This document shows, one piece after another, positions 1-11,383 of a DNA stretch of 64,000 nt. The position numbers and the translations under genes were made by a program. The notes under the pieces are model-generated. The model was given only the letters and a program-made list of their open reading frames with translations. It was not told the DNA's origin and searched no databases. Source of the DNA: Lingula anatina (taxonomy: Eukaryota > Animalia > Brachiopoda); NCBI GenBank assembly GCA_051362555.1, contig CM120640.1:24228225-24292224 (forward strand). The letters run 5' to 3'. Numbering within the stretch: position 1 is the first letter of the stretch; each line of letters starts with the position of its first letter.

Positions 1-1741
1 ACTGTGCAATAAGACATCATATTACAACATGCATTAAACAGTTAAATTATATAAATTATATATGCACTTTTTCTGATAACAATCTAGAACTTTGTCTATA
101 GATGTTAGGAGCATATTTAACATAGGACGGCAGAGTAGCGAAAGGTCCTAAAACATTCCCTTGGAAATTCTGACAACTGATAACAGAAATACCCCTCCAC
201 TTCCCCCTAAATAAAAAAGATGCATTGCTTACTCTTCGATCAGACAGAAATAGAACATGGTTTCTATCAACACCAGCCTACATAAAAGGCAGACCATAGT
301 TTAGCAAAAGAATACTAAGTAAAGATTCCCTAGCTTACCAGAAACCTTACCAACCCAATTTTCTAGTTACCAGTGCAATATATTTTAATGACCTAAACTA
401 TATTTTCCACATCCAAACATAAATTGGTGTACCAGGAGTCACTTATATGGCTTTCAAGGCATACAATGGGCACACAGTGCTCCAAGAGTACACAGGTAAG
501 AGATCCCTGGTTCAGTGCCCAGTTCCAGATGCTTATCTTCTAATAAGAAACAACCCTATTTCTAGGCAATTAATAATTCTAGGTTGGCTAGCTAAATTGA
601 TAGCAGCGGTCAACCAGCACTCACTACTGGTGGTGAAGAATGCTACTGGTCATGCCTGCTAACCAATACCATATGTTTTACTAGCCATATGTCAAAACAT
701 ATCAGCTGCTTTGCTAACATCAGTCTGGAAATTCATTGCTAAACATTGCCAAAGTCTTAAAAATACACATTCCTGGTCTAATAGATAACATATCCCTTAG
801 AACAAGTTCTTTGCAAAATATCACTGTGATTTATTAACAATTAAATGAATGTCAATACTGCATCATTCTTAATCTATTTTCAGTGCCTGGTAAAACTTAA
901 AAACACAATGCATTATTTGAAGCACAACAGAAATAATTTACTGGTGCACTTGTCTTCCTTGGCCTACTACTGCTCATGGATGAAACAACAAGTTAAAAGT
1001 ATGATCAATTAAATATTAATTCGATTACACAGCATTTAACAAAAACTAATAATTTGATTATAATGAAATCTAACATTCATTCTAGATGATAATGAAATCT
1101 TAAACTCATTCAAGATCACAGAGATGTGATAAACCCAAGGGTGTTTTATTGCAGGAAATTAAGGCAGAAATAATGACAAGGTGGAATTTTTTTCAGAACC
1201 CAAAACATTTACAACGAAATATGAAAAGTAATACAATTCCAGCAGTAAACAATGATTACCATAATAAATTATTTTATAAAGTATTTTAAATAATCCACCT
1301 CCTCTATATTTAAAAAAAAAAGGAAATTATAAAAGTTTAACTCACCACTTTTAAAACAGGGTCAGAGAGTGTGTCCAGGTAGATAGATTACATGATAAGA
1401 GAGAAATTCAAATATAAAGGTGTGTTGTACTTTCGTTTTTCACTTGTAGTATTGTGAAAAGATAGACGCGTATGTAATTTGGTCTTTTCCATCCATATAT
1501 TGTTTGAATAAGCTATATGGGGAGTTGTTTTTATGATTTCACTTCGACTCGTGAGAGAAACTGTAAGGATGAGCAAATGACCATCCCCTTCAACGGCGGC
1601 CATCTTGAAAATCAATCCTTTTTGCATGCCCCCTCCCATGAAAGGTTTATCGGTTTTCAAATTATCGTGGTACTGAACAGACAACAAGGACTCCATAGGT
1701 AAATTTCGGGGTTTACTGGTAAAAACGTAAATGAACTGTAC

Positions 1742-1987
1742 CTGATGTAATGCTGTTAATCCATCAACGTTTGCCGTGTTGATGTCTGCACCCTTCTCCA
1801 AGAGGTGCTGTACCTCATCCGTGTCTCCGCTTGAACACGCTGCTAAAAAGACACATCCATCTTGAAACTGAACTTTGACAGGCTGTGTAGGTCGATCAAC
1901 TGCTTCGTTGTTTGTTTCAGAGTTCTGCCACCGAAGTAACTGTTCGTGCCTTCTTATCAAGGCACTTTTCTGTTTGTCGTCCGCCAT
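1742..1987 (-). CDS. PPP1R12A: Protein phosphatase 1 regulatory subunit 12 (MYPT1/2-like), first coding exon; gene continues beyond the left edge
   Basis: Encodes MADDKQKSALIRRHEQLLRW...KVQFQDGCVFLAACSSGDTDEVQHLLEKGADINTANVDGLTALHQ, i.e. MyPhoNE-like motif, RVxF PP1-docking motif (KVQF) and start of the ankyrin repeats. Ends at a phase-0 CAG|GTACAG donor after ALHQ, as I recall for vertebrate MYPT1. The A/B/C paralog label is nominal for an invertebrate. Confidence 0.93.
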
Positions 1988-2065
1988 TACTGCCTGCAAC
2001 ACTCATCGTATGCAAATATAAGTAGTCTCGCAAAATCTCGTTACACTGCGAGATTAAGTACCAAC
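1988..2065. promoter_or_regulatory. Putative compact bidirectional promoter between PPP1R12 and MRPS35
   Basis: 78 bp between divergent ATGs within a CpG-retaining region. Contains ATGCAAAT (2010-2017) and inverted TCTCGCA/TGCGAGA (2026-2032, 2047-2053). The MRPS35 ATG sits in CAACATGGCG (YY1/TISU-like). Confidence 0.6.
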
Positions 2066-5000
2066 ATGGCGTGCAACATGCGAGTGTGTCAATTTAACAA
2101 TATTTTTTCGTCCACTCCTACTTTAAAACGAGTAGGAACATGCGTTCCACGTCGTTCTGTCAGAACAGTACCGAGAAAGATAGGCATAGCACATAAATTA
2201 CAACTGAAAGACGAGCGGGGAGATCAATTTAAACCCGAGAAAAAGCCACTTTTGAGAGATATCTTGGCTCCCCCCGTTGGCCCAGGGATCATTGAAGAAA
2301 CAAGGAAATCAAAACCACCATTAGGTATATAAATTCTTATCCTATTAAAATCTCCATAACAATCACCATAAAATTCACTAGATGAATGTCAAGATGTGTG
2401 CAGTGTCACAATGTTATTTATTAATCTCTATGATTAATAAATAATCTCTGTTGGAATTTTGAAAGTATCTCTAAAATTTAAGGCAATATCACAGTGTTTA
2501 AATAGCCATATTTCTGTTAGGGCAAATGTGTCCTCACATTTTAACAAGAAAGCTGTTACCACTGAGTGCATTAAATACATACTTTACCTTGATCAATTTT
2601 TATGGGGTTTGTCACATAAGATGACAAATGTTCTATGCTTTTACATTGTATTAAAATTCAAGGGGAGAAGAGAAGTTTTTGTATAGGTTCACTGTTGTTA
2701 AACAAGGTGCCTCAGTGGACTGGTCACAGACAGTCCAGTTCTGCTGCTTGACCGGCGTGTACTGCTCATGGGCACAAAGCGCAGGCAAATTTGAGAGACT
2801 TCCGGCGTGTACAGTCCATTTCTTTAGAGTCATCAATACATTCTTAGCCTTTAATAAACATGTGCTGTTGAGAACATACTGCAAATTCAAACATAATCTT
2901 TAGAAGTATTCATATCTATAGATGTTCACCTCTACTGCAATTTCCCTCAGGTGGCCATATCAACACACTAGCCTAGTAAAATTGATACTAAAATAGTAGC
3001 CAGCAGCTGAATAATGACAGCCAGGCCACGGTATGTGTAGGTTCATCCATGCGTCGACCTGTAATTTGATGCTGATTTTCTATCACAATTATCAGTTAAT
3101 ACATGAATTTTATCCCAATCATAGTAAATGTAAAATGAGGTAGGAAGTGAACTAGCCGATTATAACAGTACAGATGAATAACAACGGATCATTCATGGAA
3201 CGGCTCATACACGCGTCTGCTGCATGTACAATCGGTCAAGACGGATGGTTCACGCAGAACGGACCGTACACGTGACACCGGATTAACTTTGGTGCCTCTA
3301 GTGCATTCTGATATACACAGTATTGTTTACCCTCTGCATTTCCTTTGAGGAGGAGTTGTAATGACAGTAGAAATGCAAAGACTAAGCATACTAGATTCAG
3401 AGTATCTCTTAAAATGAAAGGCATATGGTTGTATTCCGATGGCATTGTGGGTTGACTAGAATGTTTTGTAGACAGACAGTGGTGTTCAAAATGTTCTCTT
3501 AGTTTTAAAAATTATGTAAATATTGCTGTGGGAAAACAAAACATATGATACAAAATATATGCATTAGCACTTCTATCGGTGCTGACACATAAATTGCTTT
3601 ATTGAAAAGGAATTTTTTTTTCTTTTGCTTCACACAATTTTATCAAGACTCTAGTCTCCACTCAAGCATTATGGTTTTGCTGAAGAAAAGCAAAGACAAG
3701 AAAGCCACAGCAAATCATAAAACATCATTATAGTTATAAATTTGAATCTTAACTTTGTTGTGAGTGAATGCCTATTGAATTGAGCCGACCATTATTATCA
3801 TATCGTATGGTGAGGACAAAATGGGTAATACAGATGACTTCCAGTCTTTAAACTAATGTTGAAATTTATTCATTTAATTACCACAACAAAGATGTGGGTA
3901 GTGGAATTGTGTGTGTGAAGATTATTTAGGCAGTATTGTGATCATTAGCAATTTTTTTTTTTTTTTTGACTTTCCAGCAGGACTTTGTGATTGTTGAAAG
4001 AGAGAGACAGGAAAGAGAAATTAAAGATCATTTTTGCTCAAAATGTAGCATATAATATTTAAATATATAATTTGATATTTTAAATATATAAAATATGATA
4101 ATTATTTCTTGAATTAAAAAAAATAGGAATGCATATCCGTTAGCTACTGTAGTTTTCAGTTTAAACTTTCAGCAAATGTATTTGATTTTAGAAAAAGTGG
4201 ACATTGCAAAAACTCTTACCCGGGCAGATGTTATAGGGTTAATGCAGGTACAGTATTGTTGGTCCTTCTCTTACGATTTGTCTTCAACTTTGAAATCTTA
4301 TGTAGTTTGTGATATGAAATTTATTTGCTTAAGTGTAATGAGTCTCATTGGGTCTGTGAAGATGAGCAACCCTTTTCATGTAATTATATTAATCACACAC
4401 ACACACAAGCATCAATATAATCATCATCATCAGTTTTGTGAAAGTTGGATTATCGTTTTGTGTAATGAATCACAATAATTTGTTCAAGGAAAGCCCAACC
4501 AGTGCAGAAAGGATGTCCAATGACAAAGATTGGACAAAAGTATGGCCGACTGCTGCAACTTTTAATTGGACTAAGTTTCCAGTCTCTGTAACACAAGGCG
4601 TGAAGGTGGTAAGCTGGTGATTTTGTTTTTTATTCAACAGCTTGTGGTGATCTGTGATATGTTTTGTGATGGTTAATAAGAAAGAAGATAACTGTCATTA
4701 AGTTTTTTTTTTTCTAATTGTGCTTGGATTTTATTTCAGATGAAAAGAGATAACCCAAGAATGTTTGAAAAAGATGTATCTTTAGAATTGATGAAAATTC
4801 CAAATTTCTTGCACTTGACTGATGCACACCTAGATAAACACTGTAATGCTTTACAAAGTAAGTATCTGGTCACTGTGCTAAGACATAATTCAAATAACAA
4901 AGTAAGATTATATTTAAAGATGACTTGTTTACAAAATGAAGCTAGCTTTTTTTGCATACACATTGATGACTTGGTATAATAAACTAATTGGAAAATCATT

Positions 5001-5648
5001 TGCATTTTCTTTTTATGATTTTTTATATAATTTTTTCATGATTAATAAAGATAGTTTTCTAAGATAAAGGTATTTTAGTTGTTATTTAGACATTGATTAT
5101 ATATTTATTATTTTTTTAAAGAATATCTTTCAAAATGGCCATCTGAACTGTCGTCAAGTTTGGCAATTGCCCAGCACTTCCCAGTGGAAATAATCACTGA
5201 AGACTATGTGAGAAGCAGTCCATCTATAAGGGAGCCGAAGTCCAGGATTGTCACGTTGAAGGTTTGTTTGAATGAAATATATTTAACTTTTTTGTGTCAT
5301 TTGAAGATATAAATCTGTTGATGTGTAATTAAACAATTACACTTATTTGATCCTAAAGTGAATAATAGCACTTTGGAATGTTGGTTCGTCAATTTTATGC
5401 CTAGGATATTTCTCTCCACAGGTCCGGGTAGGATCCTTACAGTTAGATGCACGGGCAAGAGACAAGCTGATCAGATTAGCCAAAGATAGATATAATGCAA
5501 AAACAGATTTGCTAACAATAGTGGGAGATAGGTAAGATTGAGGTTTTACTGCCCTTCATCTTAATCTTCAGGGATAATATGGGCTCTTATATACACTCAT
5601 TATGTGACATAAGAACAAAGTAGATTCAACAACTTTTTATTCTTTATA

Positions 5649-5698
<50 letters not shown>

Positions 5699-6865
5699 AG
5701 GATTAGGTTGAATTGTAGGTCAGTATTCATTTTTTTTCCAGATGTCCAAGAAGAAAACAGAATGAAGATTATGTAAAATACCTTTTGACTGCTTTGTACA
5801 TGGAGTGTAGGGTAGGCAGACATGTTGCACTCAAGATTGAATCTGGATTTCCAGACATACTGAAACTGTCATGACCGGCAAAATTTGTCTGGACTGGTAA
5901 AAAATTCGACTTGGTCGCTCCAAAGGACCGACAAGAGTTTTAAGAGCTGCAATTTTGAATTTACAGTCATCATTTGCCATACTTCACTAATAAAATTATA
6001 TATGACCCAAAGCGTTTTTTCACTACCATTTCAAACCTATCACATTCACAAACAAAGTAAGCTACCCTAATAATACTGGTAGTATCTGTCTCAAACGAAT
6101 AGGGTGATTTTTGGTCTGACAAAAATCCATTTGGTCCGGCAAATTTTTCATAACTGTCGGTCCAAATGTCCGACCATTCTGAATAGTTTTCAGCATGTCT
6201 GGACTTCAATCCAAAAAATAAATGAATTGCTAAAAAGAAATAATTTATAAAATGTTTTCACACTGAAAGAGTTGGTGTAGGAGAGAAACAAGCTCAAGAG
6301 TTAAGGGAGAAATGATGTCAAGGAACACTGATGTCCATTTTTTATTTTTATATGCATATTGCTAATTGATGATTCTTCGCTGTGTATATGTGTTTTCAAT
6401 GTATATAATATAAACAATTTGTAAATCGTAAAATATGATGGTTTTGATCTTTTTTTTTTTTCTTATGTAGAAAGTGCAGGAGTGGGAAGAAGATGTGAAG
6501 GAAGAAGATGTAACAAAATACAGATGGGATTTGAGTAGCTCAAGAAAACAACTGAAAAAAATTAAACCAGATTTACAGGATACAGCAGAGGTTAGTTTTG
6601 TTATAAGGTGCTGAGTTGTGTGTGATTCAGAAATGCTTTTTACTTGCTGATGATAGATCTTATTGGAAGCAGGTTTAAAATGAAGGTAGTTGTATATGTC
6701 TGTTGCGATTAAATTTTCTTACGTTTCCTTCAATTTTAGGAGATCCAGCAGTACAAAGAAGTGCTGGCTGAATTACATGAGACCGAATCCCAAGAACTTT
6801 ATGACAAATATAGAGAAAGTGTCATCAAAGTATTAGGAATTAAGGCTGCCTCATCTGGAAGTTGA
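2066..6865 (+). CDS. MRPS35: 28S mitochondrial ribosomal protein S35 (mS35), ~372 aa, 9 exons
   Basis: Exons 2066-2324, 4192-4247, 4489-4608, 4740-4857, 5122-5261, 5422-5531, 5742-5811, 6471-6590, 6740-6865; all GT-AG and phase-consistent (1119 nt). Motifs DKDWTKVWPTAATF, LELMKIPNFLHLT, HFPVEIITEDYV, DRCPRRKQNEDY and YLLTALYME match the mS35 family. The Arg-rich N-terminus fits a mitochondrial targeting peptide. Exon 2 is the least certain. Confidence 0.93.
5646..5695. repeat. (TA)n plus poly-T tract
   Basis: Directly visible in MRPS35 intron 6. Confidence 0.9.
5852..6201. mobile_element. MITE-like non-autonomous DNA element in MRPS35 intron 7
   Basis: Left end CAGACATACTGAAACT versus reverse complement of the right end CAGACATGCTGAAAACT. 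About 350 bp, non-coding. Flanks GATTTC/GACTTC could be a degenerate TSD. Confidence 0.65.
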
Positions 6866-8743
6866 CTTATGTTTTTTCTTTTGATTCTGTAAAAGTTAAT
6901 GAGATCTGGAATATGGAAAAGCAAGTCTCAGATTTTTTCAGAAGACTGCTACATTACATATGAAACATGGGGGATTACCTTAATATAAGTTACTGATAAA
7001 ACTTTGTAGTCCTTGCATTTATAATGTATATTGCAGCTACAGTGAAAGTTTTCCAAAAGTATTTTATAAAATAATGTTCCTTCCAATAGAGTAATTTTGT
7101 AATATGTAAAAAAAAGATAAAATGTTTAGAAAATTACAGTGTTGTGAAAGAATTGTTGTTGGTGACAGCATGTTGAGTGTCTAAGTGCTCTTATCACAAG
7201 GAATCTTAAGTCAATTTATGGTATCTTATTCTTCTTTAACAAAAGTAATAGCTTTTGCAAAGAACTTGAAAATTGGCTAACCTCAATTAAAAAAACTCAA
7301 ACCCAAGGCAGTTTTTTTCTTAATATTATTTTTTATACACATACGTGTGTGTGTTAGTTTGGTCATTGTATTCAGGGACCGAACACCCATCAGTCCTGCA
7401 ATAGTAAACTGATACGCGTGAGTGATTCCAGACAAAGACTAGCTTTAGTTTAGATTTTCAGACATCTCATCTAAACACAAACTGAGACAAAAGTCTTGCA
7501 TAATTCATTTGCCTAAAATCGGTGCTGGTGGACACTGGAGCAGAAAACCAGGATCAGGAGGCTTGTTGGCTATCGATGTTTAGCAGTCTACTATAAGCCA
7601 ATAGAATTTTAGTGCGTGAGAGAGAGGTGGTGTGGATAGTGTCCGATAAGTTGATTGTGCTAGATGTGCTAGATCTTTGCTCAGCTAGCACAATCACGCT
7701 GCTTTTGAATAGCTATGTAAAAATTACCGGTTGTCAAGGATGTGTCGCTTCGATTTACTAAAAAATCTATTTAAGATGAAAAGGATAAAATGCACTTTGT
7801 CGGACTTTTTCCAGACACACTCCAGAAACCAGACAAAAACAACTCAAGACAATCTTGATAGGAGAACGTGATCTGAGTTGTCATATAATATTTCGCTATT
7901 TGCTCTTTTCGAGAGTACCAAGCAGAATTCAAGTGGCAATCGAAGCAGCGCATGGCAGAGGGAATTTGTATTCATAGGTTACATATAAAGAAAATTGCAA
8001 ATGGCATTATTGTGTTCCACGGCATACGATCCACTCCTGTATTCAAACAACCGCTTTCTTGGTATTTACATTTCGGACTAATATCTTTCCAGTTAAAAGA
8101 AAAGTGAGTTGACATTGATTATGTGCACATACAACGGCTTGTTCTGTGCCACATGTCCCCTCCTTGTTATTTCACCGAGAGTTGACACATTATTACAATT
8201 AAATATTTATGGATTCTTGTTGTCAACAGTCGCATTGTTCCGGTGTATTGATTGGCTAGTTACTTTTCTTACGTTAAAGCCGGTGATTGAATATATAGAC
8301 TGTTGTAAAGTTTATCAAAAAGGAACATTTCTTACAAAGCAGTAAATCAGGAGATATGCCTGTGCATTTTCATGTCGCCGTGTAAGAATTGCATTTCCAC
8401 CTGGGACCATTACAAAAAGGGCGTTCAAAGACAAGGCGGGCCAAATGAAGTTGCGCTGACAATTACTGTTAGGCACTATGATAACAAATGGTTTCTATTC
8501 ACTAAGAAGGATTATTGCGAAGGATCATAGAATCTACCATGTTATTAAGAAGCTGTCCTGATAAGAAGATCTAGACGAAAAAAATGTCGGCAAAATGCTG
8601 ATAACGTCCAATCATCACACATGATTTATTCCATATTTACCAGAAAAGATTATGGAAAGGTTATATAAAATTAACGTGAAGGAAAAACTTTTGTCCTGAA
8701 AACGAGAACCATAAAAGACATCAACATTATAAGGAGGTGGAAA

Positions 8744-9853
8744 ATGGACAACACGGCGTCTGTCACACCCAGTCTCCCTGTCATTGACATCAGAAATAAA
8801 ATTACCTGCGAGGCGATAAACACGCGTACGGCAGCACCGCGACCTCTCACACGCTCAAATTTTGCTCAAGGTACGAGGTTGTACCCCACAAAAGTCTTGC
8901 CGAATTTTACATTGTCAGATTTACAAAGAACAAGGCCTAACTCGGATTTAACTAAATCTAAGGGGTCGGGGACGTCGATAGATTTGAAACGCCCTAGCTC
9001 TCTGGACAGTGCCTTACCGACGATGCTTCTCCCGAAAGCTGAAACACGATATCCGAAGGACCTCTACTCTTTTCTTGAACGCGTTCGCGCACCGTCAGTT
9101 ATACCCGCTGAAGATACGGTCTCCCTTTCACTGTCAGTGGTACCGAATCGAAAGCAACCAATGAGACTGCTGTCGAAAAAACAACTCGAAATTCCAATTC
9201 AAAACTCCGTCGAAGAACAATTATTGGATAATGTAGACATACTACCAAAGTTTTTGAGGCCCTTGGTCAAATTCATGGGTAGATTAAAAAGGAAAGGAAC
9301 TTTGTCCAACAGATCGTCTCACAAGCGGAAAGCAGTCAGTAGAACTAATAGCTCAGTGGGCACTCGATCACTGAAAGGTTTACGACAATTCGGATCGAAT
9401 TCTTCGCTGCCTGATCGTCTTAGAGAAGACGAGGTACGAAATAACGCTGACTTGTCATCATCCAAAAGACCTGCGGCATCACAGAAACTATTCAACAGCC
9501 AGGAATCATTTGCATCATTCTTTAAGCGCGGTTGCACAAATACACCTATTAATCCCGATAAAGAAATTTTGGATTCTGCAGAAAATGAAAATCAAAGATC
9601 TGGCATCAATAACGGTGTAGAAGATATTGATGATATTCCGGAATACATCGACTCGTTTGCAGACCCTACTCTCCTTCAGATAGACCCATTTGACCAAATA
9701 TCAGGGGAAGACAGTGACGGTGATGAGGAAGATATGTTATTGGCCATTTTAGCAGCGTCATCAAACTCTGAGGCAGGACCGTGTCCGCAGTGCATTAAAA
9801 TGCTAGGGGGAATCAAGAATTACCTGGCAATGATTGCCAAAAACTTAGGAGCT
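8744..9853 (+). CDS. Large 370-codon exon of an unknown Ser/Arg/Asp-rich, largely disordered protein; likely an alternative first coding exon of gene A, or a separate gene
   Basis: 1.1-kb stop-free ORF in AT-rich DNA with good ATG context (AAAATGG), ending at a strong phase-0 donor GCT|GTGAGT. Phase-compatible with exon 13369. No family recognised. Confidence 0.7.
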
Positions 9854-10465
9854 GTGAGTTTCTTAAACTTAATTCTTATTTAAATTGACAGCTTATAGAT
9901 TCTTATATATGCTCTTCCTTAATTTAAAGATGGTGACGGGCGAAATTCAGTATGGATATTTATTTATCCACCCCCTTGAATAGGACGGTTTTGAACTTTA
10001 AACAATTTCAGGTTTAGTTGCAAGATGTTTAAGAAACGAATCATAATTAGCTTTTGAAACTGATTTTTTTCATAAAATACCCAAAGCCGATAATAATGAA
10101 TCACAGAAAAAATTATTGTCTTTCATTGAATCAATAGAAAATGCACCCCATCCCCTTTAAATATTGATCTGCAATCGTAACTTAATAAACCGCAGGAAGA
10201 AACATAAAAGATTACGTATTTCTTTATAATACCGCCTCATTGCTCAATCGTGGGCGCACCTGTCGCAATAACATAGTGGCTGCGCAATGATTCAAAATAA
10301 TTGATTTTATTGACCGCCAGTGTTATTTAAATCTAGGAATTTGGTCTGAAGGATCGGGTACGGAATGAAATAGAAAAAAACTTTTCTTTTATTCACTCGT
10401 GGGACATCTATTTTCCTAGAATGGAGTGAGGCTTAAGGAAGTCTACTGTGAACGTTTCTGTTTAC

Positions 10466-10568
10466 TCTGCCTCGCAACAGTGACACAATTAGGTCACGTG
10501 ATAACAGCGCAGCGTGAGAGTCAAAAACTTGAACAGAAGTTTGTCGAAAATGATTACACAGCTTATTG
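10466..10568 (+). promoter_or_regulatory. Putative promoter and 5' leader exon of gene A
   Basis: X-box-like TCTGCCTCGCAAC (10466-10478), E-box GGTCACGTGA (10492-10501) and a CpG cluster, then donor TTG|GTAAGT at 10568. A matching acceptor lies at 11283 (tgtacag|). Confidence 0.5.
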
Positions 10569-11383
10569 GTAAGTCATAATTTATTATTTACTCTGTTAGT
10601 GTTACTTACATTAAAATATTATGTGTAAACGGACTTGAAAAAATTACTTGAGATGTACAAAACAGCTGACTAGATTTGATCTTTTAATAAATTATTGTAC
10701 AGTACATGTACTGTACTGAGTACAGTATATACCGCTTCCTGTTATATATTGAATAGCACAAGTAGTACAACATTAGTTCAGGACAGTGTATCTAACTCTG
10801 ATTGCCATTAGCCAAAATGTGAAGTTTGTTATTGATGTTGATAAACAATAGGGTTGTTTCTTCACTTTAATAACTAGTATTTTAAGTGAAATTTTAACAT
10901 ACAGTATCGTACGGTACATGCCTGTAGTAATTTAATGTAATTTTAATTAAAAATTTAAATAGTAGTAGCAGTACTAGTACGTACATTGTACATACCTTAA
11001 ATTATTGATTGTTTGATCAATATGTGTGGTGTTAAAAGAGAGTAAAAGTGTGTAAAACTGTCTGGTAGTACCAGCAATTCACCAGTGTCTCACTGATTTA
11101 TTTTATCAAAACAATTGACAATGGAGAGGTGCATTTGTCAACAATGTTGAACACTGAATGAATGGTGAGTGTTCTAGAGTTACTCTTAAGGGTAATGTTT
11201 ACTGTTTACATACAATTATATCTATATTGTTACAGATTTAATGTGGTAAAAAAATCAATTATAATTTTGTTTATACTGTACAGGTACTCGATACTTAAAA
11301 AAACCTATCATCATGGATTGAGAGTACAAGACTGATGGAGAACGGAGAGGATTCGGTGATTAATTTGTCGTCAGAGAGCAGTT

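Noticed and set aside
1388-1741. C-terminal 120 aa of the 204-aa minus ORF
   Set aside because: Intron read-through past the donor after GLTALHQ; similarity to MYPT stops there.
3648-4050. Acceptor-like sites near 3648 and 3978 as MRPS35 exon 2
   Set aside because: Each gives a stop codon or wrong phase; 4192-4247 satisfies phase 1 to 0 cleanly.
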